Source: Bdellovibrionales bacterium (GTDB taxonomy: Bacteria; Bdellovibrionota; Bdellovibrionia; Bdellovibrionales; UBA1609). Taken from it: DNA of 64,000 nt. Made by a program: the position numbers and the translations under genes. The stretch lies in NCBI GenBank assembly GCA_020850475.1, contig JADZEO010000010.1, positions 33,411 through 97,410 of the forward strand. The letters are read 5' to 3'. Positions 46,851 to 56,653 of this stretch are shown one piece after another. Numbering within the stretch: the stretch's first letter is position 1; every line of letters starts with the position of its first letter. The notes beneath the pieces were generated by a model. It was not told the origin of the DNA. It saw only the letters and a program-made list of their open reading frames with translations, and ran no database searches.

Positions 46851-46866
46851 TCCAATTACGGTGCCA
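46851..46866 (-). promoter_or_regulatory. Sigma-54-like element TGGCAC-N5-TTGGA (non-canonical GG at -13/-12)
   Basis: Read on the minus strand about 22 nt upstream of the GGAGG/GTG of paralog 2. Confidence 0.4.
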
Positions 46867-47003
46867 GCAAAAGGAGCCTAAATAGCCAAAATAAAAGGAC
46901 CTTGCTGTCGAACCCGCCGGAGTTGTTGACGAGTTAGACAGAGTGCGCAGGTGGCAATGTGAATTTTGTCCAGTTCTTAGACGGTGCTCGCGATAAACCA
47001 GCG

Positions 47004-47753
47004 TCAGGACGGAGAAATCTTGGATCGTTGGCGTCTGATATCCACGACCACTAAGATCACAAGAATCAAACTGATCCAAGAAGCGATGCTCAGTCCGAGC
47101 GGCATAAGACCCCGATCGTCGGCGCGGAATTGTTCCATAATGAAACGGCCCGTGGCGTGCGCCAGGACCCATATCATGAATAGATGGCCAGGCACCCGAA
47201 CCCACGGCATCTGGTCGCGGCGGGATTCAGCCCACAGCAGGAGTGCCCCGGTTATCAACTCCCATCCTGTCGCATAAAGCGGCGTCGGGTGACGACCGGC
47301 CACGCTCCAAGGGAGGTCGCAAGCAGCCCCATAACAACAACCGTTAAAAAAACAACCCAAGCGACCCAAGCCGTAACTGATGGCGACCACGGGCGCGTAA
47401 AAATCGGCCCACCTTCGCCAGTTCTCTCCTTGGCGTTTTAACCACCAAGCGGCGCTAACAAAGGCCGTGAGGGCTCCGCCATAAAACACAAAGCCACCTT
47501 GCCACACCTTGAAGAGGTCGAGAGGCCGAGCCAAGTAAAAATCCGGCATCTCCCACACCACGTGGAACAAGCGGGCTCCGATGAATCCCCCAATCATCAA
47601 GATCAGGGCAATATCGAGAGCGCGAGTGCGGTCAACCTCAAGACGCTGGGCCCGGCGGACCACCCACAAAAGAGCGCCGCAATAAACCAAGCTCATGACC
47701 ACCAAGTAGGTGGGAAGTGAAATGGATTCCGTCACATGCAGATGTGGATACAA
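47004..47753 (-). CDS. lgt: Prolipoprotein diacylglyceryl transferase
   Basis: Multi-TM protein with Lgt patterns (GGFIGARL, W.GG..FYGG, GRLGCFFNGCCYG). Confidence 0.9.
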   Translation of the reverse strand: MYPHLHVTESISLPTYLVVMSLVYCGALLWVVRRAQRLEVDRTRALDIALILMIGGFIGARLFHVVWEMPDFYLARPLDLFKVWQGGFVFYGGALTAFVSAAWWLKRQGENWRRWADFYAPVVAISYGLGRLGCFFNGCCYGAACDLPWSVAGRHPTPLYATGWELITGALLLWAESRRDQMPWVRVPGHLFMIWVLAHATGRFIMEQFRADDRGLMPLGLSIASWISLILVILVVVDIRRQRSKISPS

Positions 47754-47756
47754 ACG

Positions 47757-48302
47757 TTATCCCTTGGCTTGGTCCGCGTCCGACTCCAGCGTCCCGGCGC
47801 GCTGGGCCGCGCGGTCTTCAAGAAATTGCTGGGTCATGATGAGCAGGAGGAGCCCGACGCCTCCCACGATGCACATGTCAGCCACGTTAAACGCCGGCCA
47901 AGTGAAACGATGTTGATAGTGGAAGTCGAGAAAATCAATCACAAAGCCAAAGCGCAAGCGATCGATGTAGTTGCCCACGGCTCCACCGAAGACATTGCCA
48001 AGGGCAAAAACCTGCAGACGGTCGGTGTCTTTGACTCCCCAAAGAATCGACAGGATCACGATCATCGCCAAGGGAGGCATCGACAAAAAGAAAAGATTGC
48101 GGAAGGTTTCTCCGGCATCGCGAAAAATACCAAAGGCCGCACCCGTGTTTCGCACATAGGTAATGTTAAAGAAGTCATTAATGACGGTCAGCGACTCGCC
48201 CAAATAAAATTGGGTGTGGATATAGAGCTTGGTGGCTTGATCGAGAGTGACGATAGTTCCAGCGAGTGCGGCGAGAAGCAGATACTTCTTGCTGATCTTC
48301 AT
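47757..48302 (-). CDS. lspA: Lipoprotein signal peptidase II
   Basis: DQATK, NTGAAFG and FNVADMCIVGG motifs. The internal ATG at 48302 overlaps the ileS stop (ATGA). Conserved ileS-lspA synteny. Confidence 0.9.
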   Translation of the reverse strand: MKISKKYLLLAALAGTIVTLDQATKLYIHTQFYLGESLTVINDFFNITYVRNTGAAFGIFRDAGETFRNLFFLSMPPLAMIVILSILWGVKDTDRLQVFALGNVFGGAVGNYIDRLRFGFVIDFLDFHYQHRFTWPAFNVADMCIVGGVGLLLLIMTQQFLEDRAAQRAGTLESDADQAKG

Positions 48303-51064
48303 GCGAGGGCCTCTACGCACTTCGGGCAAACACCAGGGAAGCGCTGATCTTTGCCGGTTTCATCACTGTAATGCCAACAGCGCACACACTTGGTTCCGTC
48401 CGCGTGTTGGGCAACGATTTTTTCTTCACTTCCCTCTTGGATTTTTACCATGGAGACAATGAACAGTTGCCGCAAATCCTTTTGGTACTGCTGAAGTAGT
48501 TTAAAAACTGGGCCTTGGGCGGTGATGGTGACTTGAGCGTCAAGACTTGAGCCAATCACCTTATCGCGGCGCAGGTCCTCCAGAACCTTGGCCACCTTCG
48601 TGCGCATCTCCAGGAGGCTCGCAAAGCGCTCAACCAACCCCTCTTTGTTCCACTCCGGGTTCATTTGCGGAAACTCGCTTAAAAAGATGCTGTCATGTTT
48701 CTTACCGGGCAGGTAGGAGTAACCCTCTTCGGCCAAGAACGAAACAATTGGCGCCAGCATGGTCAAGGTTTTTTCAGTGAGCTCATAAAGCACGGTCTGC
48801 GCCGCGCGCCGAGCCCGGCCGTTGGCTTTCCAGGTGTAAAGTCGATCTTTCAAAATATCCAAGTAGGTTGCCGACAGATCAACGGTATAGAAATTATTGA
48901 GTGCGTGATAGACTTTGTAAAAATCGTAGTTGTCGTAGGCGTTGCGGGTCTTGCCGATGAGATCATTGAGTCTCAACAAGGCCCACTGGTCGAGTTCCGG
49001 CATATCTTTGAAAGCCACTCGATCAGTTTGCGGGTTGAAGTCATGTAAATTGCCCAGCAAGAAGCGCACGGTATTGCGAAAGCGGCGATAGGTTTCGGTG
49101 ATCCGCTGAAAAATTTCTTCGCCGATATTCACGTCTTGCCCATAGTCCTCGTAGGCCACCCACAACCGCAGGATCTCAGCACCCATGGTGTTGATGACTT
49201 GGCTGGGGTCAATGACGTTGCCTTGGGATTTGCTCATCTTGTAACCAGCGGCATCGGTCACAAATCCGTGGGTCACCAAGGCCTTGTAAGGAGTTTTTCC
49301 CACCGAGGCGATGGCCGACATTAGGCTGGTTTGAAACCAGCCGCGATGCTGGTCGCTGCCTTCAAGATAAATGTCCGCCGGGAAGGCGAGACCGTGACGT
49401 TTGCGTTGAACCGCGGCATGACAGACTCCGCTATCAAACCACACGTCGAGAATGTCTTGGCCTTTCTTAAAAGTTTTGCCGCCGCACTTGGCGCAGGATT
49501 TTCCGCCAACAAACTCACTCGCCTCGCGATTGTGATAGGCTTCGATTCCCTCACCGGTCGATTCCATGATGTCGGCAAGGCGCCGCATGATTTGACTGTC
49601 GGCTAAGGCTTCGCCGCACTCTTCACAATAAAAGACCGGAATGGGCACACCCCAAATGCGCTGGCGGCTTAAGCACCAGTCGGGTGAATTGGCGATCATC
49701 GAAGTCAAGCGTTGGACACCCCACCCGGGATAAAACTTAATGTCTTTTTCAGCCGCGGAAAGAGCCATCTTACGGACGGGGTACTTGTCATCATCCAATC
49801 GCACAAACCACTGGGGGGTCGCGCGAAAAATCAAAGGCGTCTTGGAGCGAGGATTGTGGGGATAGCTATGCACGATCTCGCGAAAGCCCAGCAAGTGGCC
49901 TGACTTTTTGAGGTCCTCAACGATCAGCTTGTTGGCGTCCCAAATTTTGATGCCTTTATACATCGGCACTTCTTCAGTAAAGCGTCCGGCAACGTCGACC
50001 GGGCTGTGCACAGGTAAGCCATACTTGAGTCCCACTTGATAATCTTCGAGACCATGCCCCGGAGCGGTGTGCACACAACCGGTTCCCGCATCGAGAGTCA
50101 CATGATCGCCGAGCATGACAAGGGAGTCGCGGCCCATAAACGGGTGATCGGCTTTAAGCCCTTCAAACTCGGTGCCCTTAAACGAACGAGTGGGTCGAAG
50201 AGTGAGCCCGGTCTCCTTTTCGACCATTTCTTTGAGATCTTCGGCGATGATGAGAAGCTCATGACCCGAGTCGAAGAGATTGTAAGTGTAATTGGCGTGA
50301 ACACAAATCCCGTAGTTGGCCGGCAGGGTCCAGGGAGTGGTCGTCCAAATAACCAAGGACACAGGCTTGTTCGGTGAGCCCACGCGCTTTAATTCTTTAG
50401 TGAGGGGGAACTTCACGTAAATCGAAGGACTCTTGTGGTCGTGGTATTCGACCTCGGCGGCGGCTAGGGCTGTTTGCAAAGCGGGACACCAATAAACTGG
50501 TTTTTCACCGCGATACAAAACTCCGTTGTCATGAACTTGCGCGAGCACCCGAATTTCTTCGGCTTCGTACTCTGGTTGAATGGTTAAATAGGGATTTTCC
50601 CAATCAGCGAGCACGCCCATGCGGACAAATTGTTCGCGCTGTTTGTCGACCCATGAAAGCGCTTCTTGGCGACATAGTTTGCGAACTTGGGCGGGTGAAG
50701 TCTCTTGCTTGTCTTTGCCCAGTTTCTTCGTGACATTGAGCTCGATGGGGAGTCCGTGACAATCCCAACCCGGAATAAAAGCAGCTTGGAATCCCGCCAT
50801 ATTACGGTACTTGACCACGATATCCTTGAGAATTTTATTGAGAGCGTGGCCCACATGCAGGTTGCCGTTAGCGTACGGAGGCCCGTCGGGCATCACATAG
50901 AGCGGGCGCCCCTGATTCTTCTTGAGGATTTGGCGATAGAGGTCGGCGGACTTCCACTGCGCAATTCGTTTAGGCTCCGCCTCGGGGAGATTCCCCTTCA
51001 TAGGAAAAGCCGTATTGGGAAGCTGAATTGTATCTTTATATTGGTCGGCGACTTTATCGGCCAC
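48299..51064 (-). CDS. ileS: Isoleucine--tRNA ligase
   Basis: HVGH (class I HIGH variant), KMSKS, C-terminal zinc-finger Cys pairs. 921 aa. Confidence 0.97.
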   Translation of the reverse strand: MADKVADQYKDTIQLPNTAFPMKGNLPEAEPKRIAQWKSADLYRQILKKNQGRPLYVMPDGPPYANGNLHVGHALNKILKDIVVKYRNMAGFQAAFIPGWDCHGLPIELNVTKKLGKDKQETSPAQVRKLCRQEALSWVDKQREQFVRMGVLADWENPYLTIQPEYEAEEIRVLAQVHDNGVLYRGEKPVYWCPALQTALAAAEVEYHDHKSPSIYVKFPLTKELKRVGSPNKPVSLVIWTTTPWTLPANYGICVHANYTYNLFDSGHELLIIAEDLKEMVEKETGLTLRPTRSFKGTEFEGLKADHPFMGRDSLVMLGDHVTLDAGTGCVHTAPGHGLEDYQVGLKYGLPVHSPVDVAGRFTEEVPMYKGIKIWDANKLIVEDLKKSGHLLGFREIVHSYPHNPRSKTPLIFRATPQWFVRLDDDKYPVRKMALSAAEKDIKFYPGWGVQRLTSMIANSPDWCLSRQRIWGVPIPVFYCEECGEALADSQIMRRLADIMESTGEGIEAYHNREASEFVGGKSCAKCGGKTFKKGQDILDVWFDSGVCHAAVQRKRHGLAFPADIYLEGSDQHRGWFQTSLMSAIASVGKTPYKALVTHGFVTDAAGYKMSKSQGNVIDPSQVINTMGAEILRLWVAYEDYGQDVNIGEEIFQRITETYRRFRNTVRFLLGNLHDFNPQTDRVAFKDMPELDQWALLRLNDLIGKTRNAYDNYDFYKVYHALNNFYTVDLSATYLDILKDRLYTWKANGRARRAAQTVLYELTEKTLTMLAPIVSFLAEEGYSYLPGKKHDSIFLSEFPQMNPEWNKEGLVERFASLLEMRTKVAKVLEDLRRDKVIGSSLDAQVTITAQGPVFKLLQQYQKDLRQLFIVSMVKIQEGSEEKIVAQHADGTKCVRCWHYSDETGKDQRFPGVCPKCVEALA

Positions 51065-51092
51065 GGGAGATCCTCACAGACAGAATCTCACT

Positions 51093-51121
51093 ATGCTAGG
51101 CCAGTGGCTGCACCTTGTCAA
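51093..51121 (-). promoter_or_regulatory. Sigma-70-type promoter candidate for ileS (TTGACA-N17-TAGCAT)
   Basis: Read on the minus strand 29-57 nt upstream of the GTG start at 51064. Confidence 0.45.
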
Positions 51122-51129
51122 CGGACGAA

Positions 51130-51642
51130 CTAAGGCGTGGGTAGAATCGTACGCAATCGATCATAGCCAAGGCTGATCAACATCCGCAGAGCTTCACCTT
51201 CAGAGCTCAAGTTCAGCCGAGACTGGACGCGACGAAGTGTTTCTAGGCTTCGAGCATCCAACGCAACACCAGAGACTGCCTTGGGCGGCGCCGTCATGGG
51301 CGGTGCTGTAACAGCCGGCGGTGGCGGCAAGCTGCGCTCATGGAGCAGGGGCTCGTCGCTTAAAAGATCGGCCGGGCGAGTCGGGTCCTCAAACTCTTTC
51401 ATGCCACGAGAAAGATCACGCAGGGTCTTCTTGAAATCTTGGGTGGAGCGCGGCGCATCTCCGCCATTATCATCGCGATAAACATCAACACCATGGCGAA
51501 CAGCATGAAGATACAAACTGACAAGTGCGTCGGGAGTCTTCGCGCGCTCTTTGATTTCGTTTGGCTGGTCGCGCAGCCAAAGGAAGGCCTGCGACAGGGT
51601 TTCGCGGGTATAAGCTTGCGGTGCGGTCTTGATATCAGCCAT
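51130..51642 (-). CDS. Hypothetical protein with Pro-rich linker
   Basis: Track ORF 51130..51681, with the internal Met MADIKTAPQAY preferred. No family recognised. Confidence 0.4.
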   Translation of the reverse strand: MADIKTAPQAYTRETLSQAFLWLRDQPNEIKERAKTPDALVSLYLHAVRHGVDVYRDDNGGDAPRSTQDFKKTLRDLSRGMKEFEDPTRPADLLSDEPLLHERSLPPPPAVTAPPMTAPPKAVSGVALDARSLETLRRVQSRLNLSSEGEALRMLISLGYDRLRTILPTP

Positions 51643-51792
51643 GGAGCCGAGCACACTAAGGCAAAATTTTGACCGTTTCAAACAGAAAAATCACCAAAGA
51701 CAAACAGCCCCGGATCCAAGCGTGCAAAAAATTTTTTATTGGTTCTTGACAAGGGCAGGACGCTTGCGTCCGCCCCCTCATGGTCTCATTGA

Positions 51793-53268
51793 TTACTCGG
51801 CGTAGTCCTTGGCGACGATTCCGTATTTTTCGATTTTGCGGAGCAAAGTCTTCTTCGGAATGTTCGCATGCAGCGCCGTCTGGTTGATTCGCCCTTTAAA
51901 GGTCTTCAACGCCTTAATGATAAATTCCTTTTCGAAAGCTTCTTTGTGGCGGTTAAAATCCAACGTGTCGCCAGAGATCGTGACGATTTCATCACCCTCG
52001 GAATCACCGTCCGCCATCTCCATTGAATCATCCAAACCGTCGTCGTCGGCGGCGGCGCCCAGGGCTTCGGCGGGCGTCGACTCGAGATCAACGCCAACGG
52101 CCTTGAGAAAACTCTCAGGAAAAGACTGAATGGTCAGCAGGTTGGACTCCTCAAGAATAAACGCGTGTTCGATCACATTTTCCAACTCGCGGATATTCCC
52201 CGGCCAGCTGTACCTCTTAAGCACCGCCAAGGCGGAAGGCGAAGTGCCAATAATTTTTTTGCCGTGCGCCTGATTAAACTTTTTGATGAAGGTATTGACT
52301 AGGTGGTCGATGTCTTCGCAACGCTCCGCCAAGGAGGGTAAAAAGATCGGCATGACGTTAAGGCGATAATAGAGATCTTCCCGGAAAGTACCCTTTTTGA
52401 TCATGTCTTCCAGGGGTCGATTGGTGGCGGCAATAATCCTGACGTTGGTTTCGATTTCACGGTTGGCGCCAACGGGGGTAAAAACCTTTTCCTGCAACAC
52501 GCGCAGGAGTTTGACCTGCATCAGCAGCGGCATATCGCCCACTTCGTCCAAAAAGATGGTTCCACCTTCGGCGTACTGAAATTTTCCGATTTTGCGTTGG
52601 TCGGCTCCGGTAAAGGCGCCCTTCTCGTGACCAAACAGTTCGCTTTCAAAGAGGTTCTCAGGGATGGCCGAACAATTCAGAGCCACAAATTTGCCGTCTT
52701 TGTTGGCGCTGTTATGGTGAATCGCCCGGGCCACCAATTCTTTACCAGTTCCCGAAGCACCGCGAATCAACACGGGCGTATCGACCTTCGAAAGGCGGTT
52801 GATGATGTTGTACACCTTCTGCATTTGCACGGTGTTGCCGATAATCTTGCGACCCGATTCATGTAAAATCGGCGCACTGGCGGCGACGTCAGAAATCAAT
52901 TTGTTCGCAACGATCGCTTTCTCAACCATTGCCACCAGCTCTTCGCCTTTGATGGGTTTAGAAACATAGTTGTAGGCGCCGTCGCGAACCGCTTGAACAG
53001 CGTCGTCGATTGTGGCGTAAGCCGTCATGATGATCACGATCATCGACGGGTCATGTTCCTTAATGGCCTTAAGGGCCTCGAGGCCCGACATTCGTGGCAT
53101 GTCGACATCTAAAAGGACGGCCGTGTAGCGATTGGCCTTTACCTTCTCGACGGCGTTGAGTCCGTCAAAGGCTTCGTCCACCTCAAACTTGCCGGCGGCC
53201 GCCAGCAGGGACGACTTGACTGAGAGTCGCAATCCTGAGTCGTCATCAACCACCAAGATTTTGAACAT
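51793..53268 (-). CDS. Sigma-54-dependent response regulator (receiver + AAA+ + HTH)
   Basis: MFKILVVDDD receiver, Walker A GASGTGKE, GAFTGA, acidic linker, C-terminal HTH. Its start is 12 nt after the kinase stop. Confidence 0.9.
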   Translation of the reverse strand: MFKILVVDDDSGLRLSVKSSLLAAAGKFEVDEAFDGLNAVEKVKANRYTAVLLDVDMPRMSGLEALKAIKEHDPSMIVIIMTAYATIDDAVQAVRDGAYNYVSKPIKGEELVAMVEKAIVANKLISDVAASAPILHESGRKIIGNTVQMQKVYNIINRLSKVDTPVLIRGASGTGKELVARAIHHNSANKDGKFVALNCSAIPENLFESELFGHEKGAFTGADQRKIGKFQYAEGGTIFLDEVGDMPLLMQVKLLRVLQEKVFTPVGANREIETNVRIIAATNRPLEDMIKKGTFREDLYYRLNVMPIFLPSLAERCEDIDHLVNTFIKKFNQAHGKKIIGTSPSALAVLKRYSWPGNIRELENVIEHAFILEESNLLTIQSFPESFLKAVGVDLESTPAEALGAAADDDGLDDSMEMADGDSEGDEIVTISGDTLDFNRHKEAFEKEFIIKALKTFKGRINQTALHANIPKKTLLRKIEKYGIVAKDYAE

Positions 53269-53280
53269 GATCCTACTCCT

Positions 53281-55191
53281 TTAATTCGACAATGACTGCA
53301 CTTCCGAATTTTCCAAACTCATTGGCAACTCGACGGTAAAGGTCGAGCCTTTGCCCAATTCACTTTCAACTGAAATACGCCCGCGGTGAAGCTCCACAAA
53401 ATACCGGGACAAATAGAGACCCAGTCCCGAGCCCTTGACGGGCGAATTCTTCACTTCGTTGCTGCGATAAAACTTTTCGAAGACGTGGCCCAATTCTTCG
53501 TCAGGGATGCCAATTCCCTGGTCCGCGACTTGAATGACGATGTGGCCGTTGATTTCCTCGGTGCTTACCAAGATCTTAGAATTCTCGGGGCTGTACTTGA
53601 TGGCATTCTCAATCAAATTAGTAAAGACTTGGCGAATGAGATCCTCGTCGAGCTTGATACTAAAGAGGGGCTCAAACTCAGGAATGACCTTGATACCTTT
53701 TTTAGCCGCCAAGTACTCGCTCTTTTTGATGACATCGGCCAGGAGAGTGTTGACATCGCGGCTATGGAGTTGAAGTTTGATTTCTTTGGACTCGATCCGA
53801 CCGAGGCTCAAGATCGAACCAATAAACTCCGACAGTTCCTCACTCGAGCGATTGATGGTCGCCAAGGCCTCTTTTTGTGAGGGGCTGAGTTGACTTGCAT
53901 CAGCCATCACCATGTCGGCCATTCCCTGGATGCGAGCCAAGGGCGTCTTGAGATCATGTGACATCATTCGCAAAAAATTGCTCTTAAGCTCTTCCACCTG
54001 AGTGAGAAGACGGTTGCGTTGGTAATACTCCCAACTGCGCCGATTTTCCATAATGAGTCGATAAGGAATAAAAAAGTAGTAACAAATAAAAATTGAAAGT
54101 AAGGGGTGGGCCATGCCAATCCAAAACCCCAACCCAGCAAAGGATACATAGGCGACCACGGCAAAGGAAATCATGGTCGCCATGAGGATCAAAAGTCCGC
54201 GCGCCGGCCTCACGGACAGCACCACATAAACGGTCAAAATCGAAATCAGCGAAGTGAGGAGGAGATCCAACCAATCCGGACCCTTGCGAGGCGCGGAGTT
54301 GAGAATCAAGGTGTCCGTCATATTGGCGTGCATCTCAAGCGTGCTCATGGCGACCACTTCGCGCGAATAAGGTGTCCGGATGTAGTCGGCAGAGGAGATA
54401 ACGGTGTCCGCACCAACAAACACCACTTTGTCGCGGAAGTCTTCGGCCTTAAAATTGCCGTTGAGAACCTGGGCGAAAGAAACCGGTCGATAAGTTCCCG
54501 ACGGTCGGAAGTCGATGAAGGCTTGATAGGTGCCCAGGAAGTCGAAGATGCCGCGAAAGTCCTGCATGGCGTGAAGATCATCATACCTCAGGCCGTTGTA
54601 GCTACTGGCGATGAGGGCATGAAGCGATGGGGCACCATGATATGAAAAAATCAAACGACGAGTCACATCGTCCTTAGCAAAAATCTTTTGGTCGGAAGTC
54701 TTGGGACCCGGCAAAACCGTCAGGCGATCGAGTGGCGCATCAAGTTTTAGTTGCTCTTCTTGCCCTTTGATCGGCAGGCGGTTCGCAGCGACGATAAATT
54801 GATTGAGCTGTAAGGCCGAGTCAGCAAACAACTTCATTTCTTCGAAGGTGCCGTCAATCTCGTTCGGGGGGTTGATGTAAACCACCGCGCGTGGACGAGC
54901 CGCCGCCAGGCGCCCCAAAAGGCGCACGTGATCCATGGCGTTTGGATCGCGTTTAAGTTCTTCCACTGTTTGCGGATCGATGGCGACCGTGACCACATGG
55001 CCCGAAGGCGGAGTCGGGCGTTTGCTCTGCATGCGCAGGTCGTAGGTCCACGACTCCAAATAGTCCAAATTAAACTGGGACAACAGCACGGCAATGCCGA
55101 GAGCAAGGGCGATCCGCAGGAGGCGAATCAGCCATTCTTTTTGTTGTGGTCCCAGTTTAATTAACTTCAAGCCTTTACCTCTAGTTCTCAA
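53281..55191 (-). CDS. Membrane sensor histidine kinase with CHASE2-like extracytoplasmic domain
   Basis: N-terminal TM segment, an outside domain of about 270 aa, a cluster of 3 TM helices, then H-box MSHDLKTPL and the HATPase N/G boxes (NLIENAIKYS, DQGIGI, GSGLGL). TTG start. Confidence 0.8.
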   Translation of the reverse strand: MRTRGKGLKLIKLGPQQKEWLIRLLRIALALGIAVLLSQFNLDYLESWTYDLRMQSKRPTPPSGHVVTVAIDPQTVEELKRDPNAMDHVRLLGRLAAARPRAVVYINPPNEIDGTFEEMKLFADSALQLNQFIVAANRLPIKGQEEQLKLDAPLDRLTVLPGPKTSDQKIFAKDDVTRRLIFSYHGAPSLHALIASSYNGLRYDDLHAMQDFRGIFDFLGTYQAFIDFRPSGTYRPVSFAQVLNGNFKAEDFRDKVVFVGADTVISSADYIRTPYSREVVAMSTLEMHANMTDTLILNSAPRKGPDWLDLLLTSLISILTVYVVLSVRPARGLLILMATMISFAVVAYVSFAGLGFWIGMAHPLLSIFICYYFFIPYRLIMENRRSWEYYQRNRLLTQVEELKSNFLRMMSHDLKTPLARIQGMADMVMADASQLSPSQKEALATINRSSEELSEFIGSILSLGRIESKEIKLQLHSRDVNTLLADVIKKSEYLAAKKGIKVIPEFEPLFSIKLDEDLIRQVFTNLIENAIKYSPENSKILVSTEEINGHIVIQVADQGIGIPDEELGHVFEKFYRSNEVKNSPVKGSGLGLYLSRYFVELHRGRISVESELGKGSTFTVELPMSLENSEVQSLSN

Positions 55192-55284
55192 GTTCCCAAC
55201 GGAATGCAGCTTGGATTAGGAACAGTTTTAATGGCCCCCGACTTATTGCTGCTGTCGGTGTTTGCCGGTTTTTCTTTGGCGACG

Positions 55285-56625
55285 TCACCAGCCTTTACGT
55301 TTAATTTCTTGATGTGCTTCATTTGACCCCCTCGGTTGCCGAGATTTGGTTAACTCCATTGCTAGATACTGAATACTCAAAGCGGCTAAGCCGCGCATTC
55401 GCTCACAAAAATATTCGTCCCGCACGTGGGACTGGCCCGTTTTAGTGCGGAACACGGAGGCGCAACCGCCTCCGCAGAGATTTCGCGCCCAACAATTCTG
55501 ACAGTCATGGCGAACCGTCAGCGGCTGCGCCCACTGTTGGCGGCGGGTCTCATCAAGTTGATCAACTTCGCCTAATTTCTCTTTTGAGTCACCTGAAAAC
55601 CAGTTGCAGGCATAGAGTCCGCCATTGGTGTCGGAATGAATAAAACTCTTTCCAGCGCCGCAAAAATTTTCCACCGGAACACCACTGTCGAGTGCGGTGA
55701 TGAGGCGCCCAAAGGGCTGAATTCGGCTCAAAGCAGTGAAACCCTCTTGGCGATAAACCTGGTCCGCCAGCCGCGCCATTTCACGTAAGTAGAGCGGCGA
55801 GGTTTGGGCGTCGTCGGCGCCGGCGGCAAAGCCGAAGTTATAGAGATCAAAATCAAAGGTGCGCAAAAAAACATAAGTCCCAATCACATCCAGGTGGTGA
55901 GCGCCCATCACGGCATTGGCGTGGAGAGACTGAAGTCCCTCGCGCACGCGGAGCAGCTCCTTAAGCCCGCGCAATACTTCAGGGGCCGAGGCGCCTCCTC
56001 CGCGCGTTGGGCGATTTTGATTTTGCACTTCCGGCGGTCCATCCAGACTCAAGGTAACTTGAAAGCCAAAGTCCGCTAGATAATCGGCGAGGGGCGCATT
56101 CAGCCGAGTGCCATTGGTAATCAAGGAGAACTGTATGGTCACACCCTGTTGGCCGGCAAGCTCACGGGCAAATTGTGAGAGATGTTGTAATTCGGCGGGA
56201 AAGAGCAGCGGTTCGCCGCCGACAAACTGAAGGCGAAAAACTTCGCCCTTGGTCAGGCGTCCAAGAAAAAAGCGCAATTGCTTTTCGACCGTGGCGAGAT
56301 CAGCGCGGGGACGGGTGGAGCCGTAGCTGCCATCGCCACCGGCGCCACAGTAAGAGCAGCGCAAATCACACACTTGCGACAGGTTGAGAGAAAACTCTCG
56401 GACGGTGTGGGGTTGAGGGCGAGCACTGCCGGCCGTTTGCGGAAGTTCCTCGTTCCACTTGCGCAACTCCAAATGGGCCGTTGAATCCCACCCTGAGGTC
56501 GAATTCATTGCCTCCCAAGCTTCGCTATCGAGCTCGGCGAGTTCCAGGTTGTTAGCATTAAAGCCCGTCACCTGACCGGTGGGTCCACGAAAGGCAACGA
56601 TCTCTTGATAACGACGTAAGTCCAC
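55285..56625 (-). CDS. Radical SAM enzyme with C-terminal SPASM-type auxiliary cluster domain (peptide/protein-modifying maturase family)
   Basis: CDLRCSYC (CX3CX2C). GGEPLL. C-terminal Cys cluster CGAG...C(N)W...CQNCWARNLCGGGCASV...C. An N-terminal extension of about 85 aa precedes the core. GTG start with AGGGGA upstream. Confidence 0.8.
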   Translation of the reverse strand: MDLRRYQEIVAFRGPTGQVTGFNANNLELAELDSEAWEAMNSTSGWDSTAHLELRKWNEELPQTAGSARPQPHTVREFSLNLSQVCDLRCSYCGAGGDGSYGSTRPRADLATVEKQLRFFLGRLTKGEVFRLQFVGGEPLLFPAELQHLSQFARELAGQQGVTIQFSLITNGTRLNAPLADYLADFGFQVTLSLDGPPEVQNQNRPTRGGGASAPEVLRGLKELLRVREGLQSLHANAVMGAHHLDVIGTYVFLRTFDFDLYNFGFAAGADDAQTSPLYLREMARLADQVYRQEGFTALSRIQPFGRLITALDSGVPVENFCGAGKSFIHSDTNGGLYACNWFSGDSKEKLGEVDQLDETRRQQWAQPLTVRHDCQNCWARNLCGGGCASVFRTKTGQSHVRDEYFCERMRGLAALSIQYLAMELTKSRQPRGSNEAHQEIKRKGW

Positions 56626-56653
56626 AAGTTTCCCCTAGTTCCGAGGGATCATG

